DNA of 64,000 nucleotides from a virus. The stretch spans positions 1-64,000 of IMG/VR virus record IMGVR_UViG_3300020452_000548; one strand, written 5' to 3'. The stretch's first letter is position 1; the number at the start of each line of letters is the position of its first letter. The position numbers and the translations under genes were made by a program. Below the pieces are notes generated by a model, which did not search any database, was not told the DNA's origin, and saw nothing but the letters and a program-made list of their open reading frames with translations. This document shows, piece by piece, positions 37,248 through 47,369 of this stretch.

Positions 37248-40200
37248 TGACTCGTTATACCAAGCAGTTATACCCCGCAGTAGTCAAACCATTAGCTGGT
37301 GCATCCGGTTATCCCGCAAGCGGTTATTTCGCCATGCACATTACTTATCCCAATACTGAATACGCAGATGATGTTACCACTTGGCAGTATGGTGCTAATA
37401 GCAATAACTGGAAGCAAGGGCTAACGGTACTTATTAGAACGCCATTAGCAACATCTTCTGTACCATCTGAAGCTGACAATGTAATAGTGGTTGATTTGCA
37501 TCAGCTCAATGCTGATTTGGGCAGTAATGGAACAGGCTTCACATACAACTTAGGAAGCCAAGAAGCAACAAGAGCTATCGCTGCGAAAATAAACAGTAGG
37601 CGGGTAAAACAGGTATCAAAGAACGGAACAAGGTATCTTCGAGCAAGGTATGTTAGAATGTCTGGGAAGCCGACATACACAGGATCTGCGTTTAGAACAA
37701 CAAGCGATAGCAATTTGATATTGAGGTTTGACGGGGCTTACAGAAATGGATTCCCTTCCGATTTGCCTACAACAGGAACAATTACTTACAATGATTCCAG
37801 TCATACAAATCTAACTTTGAATTACACTAACATATCTGGATATTACTATGGCCCTAAGCGATTAGGCCATGTAGTCACAGGACAGGATAGCAAAGCCAAC
37901 TTCACTATTACAGAAAACCTATCATCAACTATTACTCAAGTGAGTAGCCATCCTGATACACTTAGCGGTGCAACCTTTGAGATTGCGGGTGAGCCGGAGA
38001 AGCATACAATAGTGCTTACTTGGGAACAACGGGCTACAAGCCCGAATTGGGATAGCGATCACAACTATTGGTCGCCAGCTAATGGTGGCCCAGTAATTCA
38101 AGGATTGGGGCAAAGCGTTCCTACATGGAATCTGTTAGCTAAACCGTTAGATGGGGGCAACATGGGGCTACCTGCGACTAACTACGATTGTAAGGGGTCA
38201 GTAGCAACAGCTCATTCATCGGGACACGGATATGTCCGATTTAGCATAGAGGGACTTAACTCATGCGACCTGCCCGATATTCCCCCGCCTGATTACACAG
38301 TAACACAGCCATCTCTTAGAGGAATCACAAAGGTTGATTCAGATACCACAGGTTCTAACAAGGTTAAGATGGCGAATATGGAATATGGGACTAAGCTACC
38401 TATGACTTCGGGAGATATACTCCATACTAAGGAAGGATACAAGGCAACAACAGGCACATCCACGAATATAGTCGCCCATACTACTGATGAATTAACATCC
38501 GTGACCACATATTCTGGTGACTTTGTAGCTCAAGGTCTGAAATATGATAACGATAGGTACGCCCCTCGACCCATATTCACTACCAAATCCTTGAACACAT
38601 CATCCAAAGTTAGGGGGTTGCAGATAAGTAATGAGAATATGGTCTTTGATGATTTGACTACCAAAGACGACCAAGGCAACATATTGACTTTATTCGGTGG
38701 TTCGCCTTGGGGCGTAGTGATTCAAGATTACAAGCTACAGAACACAAGAGAAGATCCAATTACAGGAGAAGAAGTTACAGGGCCATCAACAACAGACGGC
38801 AAATTAACGCCAAATCTCGCAATCCAGCTTCCAGACCCATCCGAAATACCGGGAGAAATATTCGTTAGAAGCGGGCATGATCGCATCCAAGCTCATTCAA
38901 ACATGACTTGGGGGTTGGGTGGATTGACCGCCCCCGACCCTCGAAAACCCGGTATAGCTGAGGATTCAAACGAAGCTTCCCAATTTGACACTCATGACCG
39001 CACACTAATTTTCCACACACAAAGGCTTCTGCATCCCGATTTAAGCACGAAACAGGGTCTAACCCCTCATACCCCCGCTGGTGCTGTTCCAAGCGGTACT
39101 ACACGCTTATTCTCAGCACATAGAATAACTGACCATGCAGAAAGAGGTTCGGTATTGACTCAAACGAACAACGGTAGCCCCACAGGAAATGCCTATCCAC
39201 ACCATAGAATACGCTTTGCACGGCAAGGACACAGTTTCGTTACCCCGTTAATGCACCGAGGCACACCGTCTGCTATGAGGCGACAATTGCATCGTTCTCA
39301 CGGTTCTTCCTACACTTTGTTGTTTGAAGCTGAAACAGAACACAAGCATCATGGCTTTGGATCGGGTAAGAGTTCTAACAGCACTACCGTATTTGAGCTT
39401 GATACGCTTGATACAAAGGCTCAGACGGGGTATGACCACTCAACAGGTTCTTTTGCCTCAGACGGGCTTCCATTGGGTGAAATTAAGGGATTCAGATTGC
39501 CCGATGTGAAAGCTGCATACAACTCAGTCACGCCAAGAGATGATTTGGACTACCTTATTGCACCCGGACAAGAACACACTAAACGATTAGGGGCGGGGAA
39601 TCAAGTCAGAAGGGGTGCATTAAGTGAAGATGCTTCCTTCTCAGTAGCTGGCCCTACAAAGCTCACTTTAGCTACTGCATTATCGGGCGGAACACGCTAT
39701 AACACGGCCTCAGAAGTCAGTATAAACGGTATATTGCTTGGGGACTACCATCTCGGTGGTGGCTCTCCAATACCTACAATTACCTATGTTGGTTCGTCTG
39801 CTTACTTCGTAACAGGAAGGGAAGAAGGCGTAGCAGTACCCCGAATCGGCACGGAGTTAGCAACAGTCCCACCTCTCTTGTGTCACGACCCTGAGTATGT
39901 CAATTTGGCTGCACGGAATAGTGGGGGTGGTGGTATAACGGCAAGCAACGCAGATTTAGCTCTCCTTGGTGCTTCGAACACCGGAACGGGTGCAAAACCT
40001 GACGCATTTCTATGTAATTGGCTTGCCGAATACAATCATCCCGCTTTCTTTGGAACAAGCCGAGAACACTTCCTCACATTCCGCTATCGGGAAGCAGGGA
40101 TGCCCCGTTCTCTCAACTACCCACCCGTAAGAGGACTGTATCTGCGTAATCATTCACACGCATCCACCACAGCTCAAGCTGAAAACGCACTTCCGATAGA

Positions 40201-43200
40201 ACGACTATATGTGTATCAATGGCTTCAGAATTATGGATACAACGGATTGAATGCTGGAGGACATGGGAATACAGATGGTTTGCGTAGTGCGAATGCTGTC
40301 CTTATGGGTCATACTACTGTTAGAGAACCGCACGGCACTATCAGATTACTCAAACAATATGAGAATATAAGATACTCAAGAGGTGAAGGTATAGGAGATG
40401 GTATCAATCCAGAGAGAGAAGGTGGTATCATATCTTATGATGTGGATACCGATAGTCAAACTTTCACGAAATATATAGCAGTTAGAGATAGTATGGTCGC
40501 CTATGATATGAGTAGGAGATTACCAATAAGGGCATGGGGCATTAGGACAGCTTCAGATGCACTGGATATGTTAGCGGGCGACCCCAATGAAGGCACTAAC
40601 ACACAAGGAGTATATGGTAAGGCAAGATTTGACGGTGGAATACATGATTCCGTTCAGAAAATACCTAACGCCACAGATCACGGTGCTTCTTGGTTCTTCG
40701 ACAAAGATTACTCCGGTGTTGAGCGTTCAACCCCTATTGGATTAGTCCTTAGCGGGCATACGGCTGATGCTACACCTTACTCAAGCACAGTAAGAAGGTC
40801 TAATCTGCCCGTCAATTCGGGAGAGTCACCAATTGGTATCGGAATTACATTAGGACTTGAATCTGGGGGGATGACTCTCCCTACATCCATGCCCGCAGGT
40901 CTTTGGGATACAGAATACCTTGAAACACCGTTGAAAGCAAGACCTCACAACAAAGGTTCGGATCCATTCATTGACCTAACGCAATATACTGGTTCAAAAT
41001 CCTACGATCAATCAAAATCGAGTTCTGCTGTCGGTGAAACAACAGCATTTGGGGTAACAGGTGGCTTCTATCACCTTCGAGGAAATGCTTTGCATACCAA
41101 TGCGTCAGCAATTGACCATTCAGGGATGCGTCAGCTCGCTGCATCTAACGGTGAGAAGAAAACACACTATCCTACAACAGGATGGGGAGAGGCTACATAC
41201 AATTCAAGTAATAACGCCACTAAAACCGTGAAAGCAATTCCTCTATCTGAAATAGCCGACCATCGCCAAGTTCAATCAAGAACCGAACCAAGATTGGGAT
41301 TGATTATTGATACTGAGAATGAAAGAAACCTCAATAAAACGGTTGAATACCAAATTATGGGAACAAAAGCGACCTCTCTAAATACAGACTTATCAGTAGG
41401 TCAGCACTTCCCAATCACGCCTTCTTGGGTTGTTAAGACCAAGCTTGAGAAAGACGCATTCACACTTGATGGGGGGGCAGGTAGCACAGTCACCCACTCA
41501 AATGAATATGTAGCTCCGACATGGAGTCCAGATAGTGATGATGCAAAGGGAATGGGCGGTGCTGCAATAACGGCACTATCACTCACAGCAGGTGGTTCGG
41601 GATATTCTGATGGAACATTAACAGCTTCTGGTGGTGGCGGTTCAAGCTTTGCAGGTACTTACATCGTGAATAAATCTGTATCTGGACTATCTCATAGCGG
41701 TGGTTCAGGGGCTTACAGCTCAAGTGAAACGGGGGGAAGCATATCGGTATCGGGTGGTAATCCTACAACGGCTTTTACAGGAACATATACGACTACATCA
41801 GATGGTGCTGCGGTTTCTTCAATTTCAATTTCTTCTGCGGGTAGCGGATACAACAACACCAATGCGGGCTGTGGAGTATCGGGTGGGGGCGGTTCTAACT
41901 TTGCAGCTACTTACTATGTAGGACACGCACTTTCAGCAGTAGATGTAACAGGCTCAACTGCTATGCGATTGAGTGATTCCTTTGAAGCGGGTTCGTCATG
42001 GAGATTATTGATTAACGGTGCTAAAAGTGGTAGCGATTATTATCCTAACACCAATGCTACGCAAGCTATACTAACATTGAATCTAAATGAAGTAACTCAA
42101 GTGCTTACAAATAATACACTTTCTGGGGGCAACCATTTCCAATCTAATCACACCTTGTCTTACGAATTACAATTTAACGCAGGTTCACTGTGGGAAGCTT
42201 ATCCCGGAAATTACCAATTCGGCAACGGTGCGCCAACCGTGACTCTAAACACGGCTGCGAGTTCGGGAACAGTAAGGCAGATCCATGTTACTAACTATGG
42301 TTCGGGATACACATCTAACCCCACAGTAACAGCTCCTTTGCTTCTTGGCGGGATTACGCTTGCATCTCTTTCACCGACTCTTGCATCTGCTACTCGTTCT
42401 TTGAGTGGTGTATCAACAACTAATGCAGGTGCAGGGTATGAAACAGCACCTACCTTATCTATTCCTCATGGAACAGTAACTGCCTCTATGACCTCAACAG
42501 GATCGGTAAAGAGCATTACCATGACAAATGGGGGTTCGGGTTATACTTCAGAACCTACAATCGTATTCAGTAATGCAGGGTCAAATGCGTTAGTGTCCGT
42601 AACTGTTGGTTCGGGTACAACAGAAGAACCCGTAGTGCATTCAAATAGCCATGCACTTGACGCTTGGGCAGTTAGGGGTTCAGCAGATTTACCTGCTTGG
42701 GGCGGAGTCTATGTCCTTCGTAAGAGCTACCTAAACAGATCACAAGAGGGGTCATTATCTACTGAGATATTCGGCACGGGCGGAAAACCGATGACCAGTC
42801 ATCCTCGAAGAAAGTATGTTGATTATATCGTTAGACCTGTAAGGCCGTTGAAGTTATTTGGTTTTGCATCAAGCCTTCTGCAAGATGGTTGGACTCATGG
42901 TGCGAGATGTAAAACGACCAATACTGATAACATAGCATATCAGCCATTCACAAGAGATGGAAGATATGGTCTGTTTGAAACCGATGTATCTCAAGGACTA
43001 GGCAACAGTAGTTTCGTTGGCTCACCCGAAGGTGCATTCACTATGGATTGGCCTGATGCGAATGACTACGACATAGCGTGGCATCTGATTCCAACGGCAT
43101 CTATGCTTCAATTCTTCAAATCAGACGCAGCTCGAAAAACAATTGACGGTTCATTTAACCCAGAGATAGAACCCCGATATTCTCAAACGCTTCATCCCGG

Positions 43201-45064
43201 TGGTGGTGAGCCGATATATCAAACACAAGTTCGTTATATCAACGATGGAACAGGCATTGGTGGCGACTTTGCTAAGCACGGATTAGAAGATGAGGTCACG
43301 CACATCTCAATGAAATCATTGATGAGAACCTATCCTTCTTTTGAAGTCAAATCCCACTATACTGCGGGTAGCACCTTCCTAATACTTGATGATGCAAGCA
43401 TACTTCCCTCATCCGGTGTCTTATTCATACCGGGAATAAGCGGCAAGTTTTCTTACTCCGCTAAATCGGGCAACAAGCTCACGCAATCCGGCAACACTAT
43501 CACAGGATACACATCTGTTGGGGATTTAGAAGGCAAGGTGTTGCATTACACAACCGTAGCCTCACCATCAACCATCAACGACATAAGGTCGCTCACACTA
43601 CCCTATCCAGTCATACCAACATTAACGGACAACACACTTGTAATAGCTAAATTGGAATCAGACAGCTGGAGAAGATACGATACATCATTAGATTCCGTGA
43701 AAGAAACATCTCTAACATATCGTGGCCTATTGGAATACGATCCATCCGACTTTATCATGACCAGTCAAAGGCCATTGAAGATAGCCAACAGTAAGAATAT
43801 AGCTGAGCTGAAAAACATATCAACATCTATTCAAAAGATAAGAATTGATGGTAGGGAGCTGTCTGAAACATTCTCTCCACCATATCTATTTGATAAGAAT
43901 GGTATGAGATTGAGAGTAGGTGGAGTCAAGATTGAAAACCACACCACATCCTTAATTTTCAAGAATATCAATGCAGATACATTATCCGATCATGGTTTGG
44001 ATGTGGAGAATGGTATTCTTCTGGGCCAGTTAGGGTATGTAGGTATCAGAACATCGGATGCAGCTTTGATGATGTTAGATGATGCTGAAGCTGATGTGGC
44101 GGGATACAATGTTACACCGACTTCTGCGTTGATTGCTAATGATAGAGATATATCTGATACACTCAAAGCTCATCCTTCATTACGCATCATCAATGACCAT
44201 TCTTCAACATTCGTAGCTCGAAAGACAAGGGGCATAAGCATCATGGAAGCAATAAAGAATCTGACTCAGTTAGATGGTCGCCAGCTCGTCAATGAAAGAA
44301 ATGGCGGGCTGATATACGGCAGTAGTACCTTCAAAAATAAGGGTGCTACTATCGGTATGGGGAGTATCGTCAAGTCGGTTGGAGTTAGTCGTATGATAGA
44401 TTCGCCTAATGAAGTGATTGTTAGTGGTGATGATTTAGCTTCTAATGAGAAGGTATTCGTTGCTATCAAAGACCCAGAAAGGATGAGAAGCGAAGCAGGT
44501 AGGGGTGCTACATCCAACTTAGCAAGAGTTCTAAGACAAAACATTCCCGGTTTGAAAACCAAACAGGAAGCCATGAAGTTAGCCAAGTCAATCTTAGCAA
44601 GAACGGAGAATACCACACCTGTAATAGAAATCAAGGGTGCTGTTCGAGCTACAGATATAACACCCGGAGATATGATTAACATTGATTTACCACTACATGG
44701 TCTAAGGGGAGAATATGCTGTCTTTGAGTCTGAACACAATTACAATCGGCTTGAGAGTAACTTTGTAGTAGGCCAATATGACAAAGGAATTGAAGGTCTG
44801 CTGTCCGATCTGCAATCTGTATCTTCAACGAATGAACCAACAGATGAGTCAGCTTCTACGATTGTAGATTTGGTTGAGCTTGCAGTATCTGGGGCTATCA
44901 AAGTAAAGGCGGTTCATCGTATATCAGTTCGTTCCGTGAGCAATAGAGGATTCCTCATCGGTGCGAAAGAGGCAAAAGGAATGGGGAAAATAGGTGTGCG
45001 TAGTGGGAATAAGCGAGCTTTGCCTATCGGTCAATCAAAATCAATATTTTATGTGGTGAAATAA
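37241..45064 (+). CDS. Giant (2607 aa) tail-tip/baseplate hub-like protein with a Gly-rich repeat insert
   Basis: C-terminal NEVIVSG..KTKQEAMKLAKSIL..ITPGDMINIDLP resembles hub/Tal proteins; GGSGY..P repeats at about 41560-42620. Confidence 0.6.
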   Translation: MVMTRYTKQLYPAVVKPLAGASGYPASGYFAMHITYPNTEYADDVTTWQYGANSNNWKQGLTVLIRTPLATSSVPSEADNVIVVDLHQLNADLGSNGTGFTYNLGSQEATRAIAAKINSRRVKQVSKNGTRYLRARYVRMSGKPTYTGSAFRTTSDSNLILRFDGAYRNGFPSDLPTTGTITYNDSSHTNLTLNYTNISGYYYGPKRLGHVVTGQDSKANFTITENLSSTITQVSSHPDTLSGATFEIAGEPEKHTIVLTWEQRATSPNWDSDHNYWSPANGGPVIQGLGQSVPTWNLLAKPLDGGNMGLPATNYDCKGSVATAHSSGHGYVRFSIEGLNSCDLPDIPPPDYTVTQPSLRGITKVDSDTTGSNKVKMANMEYGTKLPMTSGDILHTKEGYKATTGTSTNIVAHTTDELTSVTTYSGDFVAQGLKYDNDRYAPRPIFTTKSLNTSSKVRGLQISNENMVFDDLTTKDDQGNILTLFGGSPWGVVIQDYKLQNTREDPITGEEVTGPSTTDGKLTPNLAIQLPDPSEIPGEIFVRSGHDRIQAHSNMTWGLGGLTAPDPRKPGIAEDSNEASQFDTHDRTLIFHTQRLLHPDLSTKQGLTPHTPAGAVPSGTTRLFSAHRITDHAERGSVLTQTNNGSPTGNAYPHHRIRFARQGHSFVTPLMHRGTPSAMRRQLHRSHGSSYTLLFEAETEHKHHGFGSGKSSNSTTVFELDTLDTKAQTGYDHSTGSFASDGLPLGEIKGFRLPDVKAAYNSVTPRDDLDYLIAPGQEHTKRLGAGNQVRRGALSEDASFSVAGPTKLTLATALSGGTRYNTASEVSINGILLGDYHLGGGSPIPTITYVGSSAYFVTGREEGVAVPRIGTELATVPPLLCHDPEYVNLAARNSGGGGITASNADLALLGASNTGTGAKPDAFLCNWLAEYNHPAFFGTSREHFLTFRYREAGMPRSLNYPPVRGLYLRNHSHASTTAQAENALPIERLYVYQWLQNYGYNGLNAGGHGNTDGLRSANAVLMGHTTVREPHGTIRLLKQYENIRYSRGEGIGDGINPEREGGIISYDVDTDSQTFTKYIAVRDSMVAYDMSRRLPIRAWGIRTASDALDMLAGDPNEGTNTQGVYGKARFDGGIHDSVQKIPNATDHGASWFFDKDYSGVERSTPIGLVLSGHTADATPYSSTVRRSNLPVNSGESPIGIGITLGLESGGMTLPTSMPAGLWDTEYLETPLKARPHNKGSDPFIDLTQYTGSKSYDQSKSSSAVGETTAFGVTGGFYHLRGNALHTNASAIDHSGMRQLAASNGEKKTHYPTTGWGEATYNSSNNATKTVKAIPLSEIADHRQVQSRTEPRLGLIIDTENERNLNKTVEYQIMGTKATSLNTDLSVGQHFPITPSWVVKTKLEKDAFTLDGGAGSTVTHSNEYVAPTWSPDSDDAKGMGGAAITALSLTAGGSGYSDGTLTASGGGGSSFAGTYIVNKSVSGLSHSGGSGAYSSSETGGSISVSGGNPTTAFTGTYTTTSDGAAVSSISISSAGSGYNNTNAGCGVSGGGGSNFAATYYVGHALSAVDVTGSTAMRLSDSFEAGSSWRLLINGAKSGSDYYPNTNATQAILTLNLNEVTQVLTNNTLSGGNHFQSNHTLSYELQFNAGSLWEAYPGNYQFGNGAPTVTLNTAASSGTVRQIHVTNYGSGYTSNPTVTAPLLLGGITLASLSPTLASATRSLSGVSTTNAGAGYETAPTLSIPHGTVTASMTSTGSVKSITMTNGGSGYTSEPTIVFSNAGSNALVSVTVGSGTTEEPVVHSNSHALDAWAVRGSADLPAWGGVYVLRKSYLNRSQEGSLSTEIFGTGGKPMTSHPRRKYVDYIVRPVRPLKLFGFASSLLQDGWTHGARCKTTNTDNIAYQPFTRDGRYGLFETDVSQGLGNSSFVGSPEGAFTMDWPDANDYDIAWHLIPTASMLQFFKSDAARKTIDGSFNPEIEPRYSQTLHPGGGEPIYQTQVRYINDGTGIGGDFAKHGLEDEVTHISMKSLMRTYPSFEVKSHYTAGSTFLILDDASILPSSGVLFIPGISGKFSYSAKSGNKLTQSGNTITGYTSVGDLEGKVLHYTTVASPSTINDIRSLTLPYPVIPTLTDNTLVIAKLESDSWRRYDTSLDSVKETSLTYRGLLEYDPSDFIMTSQRPLKIANSKNIAELKNISTSIQKIRIDGRELSETFSPPYLFDKNGMRLRVGGVKIENHTTSLIFKNINADTLSDHGLDVENGILLGQLGYVGIRTSDAALMMLDDAEADVAGYNVTPTSALIANDRDISDTLKAHPSLRIINDHSSTFVARKTRGISIMEAIKNLTQLDGRQLVNERNGGLIYGSSTFKNKGATIGMGSIVKSVGVSRMIDSPNEVIVSGDDLASNEKVFVAIKDPERMRSEAGRGATSNLARVLRQNIPGLKTKQEAMKLAKSILARTENTTPVIEIKGAVRATDITPGDMINIDLPLHGLRGEYAVFESEHNYNRLESNFVVGQYDKGIEGLLSDLQSVSSTNEPTDESASTIVDLVELAVSGAIKVKAVHRISVRSVSNRGFLIGAKEAKGMGKIGVRSGNKRALPIGQSKSIFYVVK

Positions 45065-45405
45065 TGCCTGTGTTAGATACTCTCAAGTCAGCTCTTACCG
45101 ACCATCTCTCCACATTAGTTACAAGGATGACATTGGGTTCAACGGGTGGAGATTCTTCAAGTAAAGACGGTGGGGCGGGTAATCCTCAGATTACAGTTAC
45201 GCCCAATGTAAGAAGGATAGATGATAGAACCCTATCTGTATCAGCTATATTTGATACTCAGCAATCCTCATCCCAATCAATCAAAGAGCTGGTAGTGCAT
45301 GGCGACACGGCACTTGACACCCCTGCCTACCGTGCTACATTCATGCCGATTACAAAGGACTCGACCAATGAAATAAAGGTGGATGTTCTACTGGAGGTAC
45401 GCTGA
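45064..45405 (+). CDS. Small tail-tip/baseplate protein
   Basis: RMTLGSTG..IKELVV..RATFMPITKDST; coupled to the upstream gene. Confidence 0.55.
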   Translation: MPVLDTLKSALTDHLSTLVTRMTLGSTGGDSSSKDGGAGNPQITVTPNVRRIDDRTLSVSAIFDTQQSSSQSIKELVVHGDTALDTPAYRATFMPITKDSTNEIKVDVLLEVR

Positions 45406-45482
45406 TGGACTCATATTCTCAATTTCGCCACCGCCCCAATTTGCTGAAAAAAGCTGTCAGCATTGACAGGAGGGATAATTGA
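45405..45482 (+). CDS. Unannotated 25-aa mini-ORF (MDSYSQFRHRPNLLKKAVSIDRRDN)
   Basis: TGATG coupling at both ends; GGAGGT RBS upstream. Confidence 0.45.
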   Translation: MDSYSQFRHRPNLLKKAVSIDRRDN

Positions 45483-46630
45483 TGGCGGGCTTGGGTCAAG
45501 GGCATGAATCTGCGGAACAATCCTATCAGAATGATGGATTAAGAGATACTGATGTGTTAGCCAGTCCAACGCTGACTAACTTCAATGAGAGAGCTTTGTT
45601 GAATGGCGTAGTTCCGACTACAATAAATGATTACCACACATCAAACTCCAATCGAAACTCACATACAGTAGGAAATTGCTCGGTATCTAAGACTGGAACA
45701 AGTGTAGTGGTTGCAGCGGGTACTGTTCTATTGGATGGTATGTTCTATGAAATCTCAAGCACCACGATAGATATTACATCGGGGGGCAACGCTTCAAAGT
45801 TCTTGGGTGGGGCTATACCTACTCTTACGGGTGCGAATTATGAAAGAATACTATTGGTATATGTTGATCCTACAATATCGGGATACATCAAAATGGCCTT
45901 TGGCGATGAGATAGACACATCCGGTGGCTCATACCCTCAAAGCCCGTCTGGTCATTTGGTCAATCAATCAGTAGTTCTTGGTTCTTGCAGACTCACATAC
46001 AGTAGCGGTGTCGTAATTACTACCGTTGAAGATAAGAGGGTGTTTGTAAGACCCGGCCCTGTTCCTCTATCCGCATTAACCAATCACGCATCAAATGGTA
46101 GCTTCCCTGCTAACGATTTCATATCAGGCTCACAAGCAGGGACATTACCTGTAGCTAACTTGGGATTCCTATTCGCAAGAGATCCGGCAGGGATTACAAA
46201 CGCACAGGGTTCAGGGCAACTTCATTTGTTTTGGCAATCCGATCAAGGTTTAGGAGAAAACGCAGGTGGTGGTGGTGCTTACCAGCTGACCCCCACTCAT
46301 CGGACTTCAAAAAAGATATTTACATGGGATGCGACTTCATCAAAAACAATTACATTTGGAACAGATATTCTATACACACCCTTACAATCACAAGACCAAA
46401 CGGATTTGTATCTAATTGAAATAACAGCTTTTGATGTTAGCGATACAGGTTCAAATAAACTAAATGATGGTGTTTTGATTCAAGGGCCAAAGGGTGGTGG
46501 TGGCACACCTGCCGGAGAGTTCTATGTCGCAAGCGATGGTAATAGTATCACTATCCCTGCTCATACAGGGTACAATTCCGGTGGAGCTGATAGAATCATA
46601 CTTACTTACACCCATGCGGGGCATAACTGA
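45482..46630 (+). CDS. Tail/baseplate-associated protein
   Basis: VVVAAGTVLLDG..RILLVYVD..EDKRVF pattern, common in virion baseplate/fibre-anchor proteins. Confidence 0.55.
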   Translation: MAGLGQGHESAEQSYQNDGLRDTDVLASPTLTNFNERALLNGVVPTTINDYHTSNSNRNSHTVGNCSVSKTGTSVVVAAGTVLLDGMFYEISSTTIDITSGGNASKFLGGAIPTLTGANYERILLVYVDPTISGYIKMAFGDEIDTSGGSYPQSPSGHLVNQSVVLGSCRLTYSSGVVITTVEDKRVFVRPGPVPLSALTNHASNGSFPANDFISGSQAGTLPVANLGFLFARDPAGITNAQGSGQLHLFWQSDQGLGENAGGGGAYQLTPTHRTSKKIFTWDATSSKTITFGTDILYTPLQSQDQTDLYLIEITAFDVSDTGSNKLNDGVLIQGPKGGGGTPAGEFYVASDGNSITIPAHTGYNSGGADRIILTYTHAGHN

Positions 46631-46845
46631 TGTTATCTGGTCGAGCAAGAGCTAAAGCATATCAAGATAAGATTAGTCAAGACTGTCCTGAATGCAATCA
46701 ACGGGTTTTAGCTATTCGAATAAACGGGTTCTATGCAGGGTCAAGAGATAGGATATTCCTGTGGGAATGCCCTATATGCGAGTCCGTTTGGAAGAAAACT
46801 CGGCCTAAAGTCCATGTATCATTGTCCGATGTGGGTCAAGCATGA
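46630..46845 (+). CDS. Zinc-ribbon protein
   Basis: CPEC..WECPIC..W. Confidence 0.65.
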   Translation: MLSGRARAKAYQDKISQDCPECNQRVLAIRINGFYAGSRDRIFLWECPICESVWKKTRPKVHVSLSDVGQA

Positions 46846-47369
46846 GCGATGCCTTTGACCAAGCTTGGGGTGTAGCAAAGGCATATCCCCTACTTTGGCC
46901 GAAAGAATTAGACAATGACCCCGATTTTGGTGATTTCTTCAATACCAGTGAGCCAAGTGCCTTCACCGTAATTCCTACTCAGCAAGGTCGTAGTAAAGGA
47001 AAAGGAGCTGCAAGCTTTGTTCGTTTGCCTAATCTATGGAGGGGAACATCAAGGAGAAGGAGAAATGAAAGCCCAGACGATAAAGAGCTGAGGCTTATTC
47101 ACGATTATTTGGAATCTGATGTGCATGAAGATGTTCATGTTGCTATGGATAATATCGGAGAAACATCAGATGTTCCGCTTCATAATGAAATCCCTGCTAC
47201 TATCGGCCAAGCACTACAATTTCAAAGAAGGCCAAGACACTTAGATCCTCATGACAAAACATGGGAGAATATTGATGCAGGGGTATCACCTACTAAGACA
47301 GCCGTTGATACTGCTTTTGGGCTTGCACCTCATCATCATCAAGCAAAAAGGGGGAATTACAAATGGTAA
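46842..47369 (+). CDS. HExxH zincin-like protein with an N-terminal AFDQAWGVAK tag
   Basis: HEDVH at 47124-47138, followed by a candidate third ligand (HNE). Confidence 0.55.
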   Translation: MSDAFDQAWGVAKAYPLLWPKELDNDPDFGDFFNTSEPSAFTVIPTQQGRSKGKGAASFVRLPNLWRGTSRRRRNESPDDKELRLIHDYLESDVHEDVHVAMDNIGETSDVPLHNEIPATIGQALQFQRRPRHLDPHDKTWENIDAGVSPTKTAVDTAFGLAPHHHQAKRGNYKW

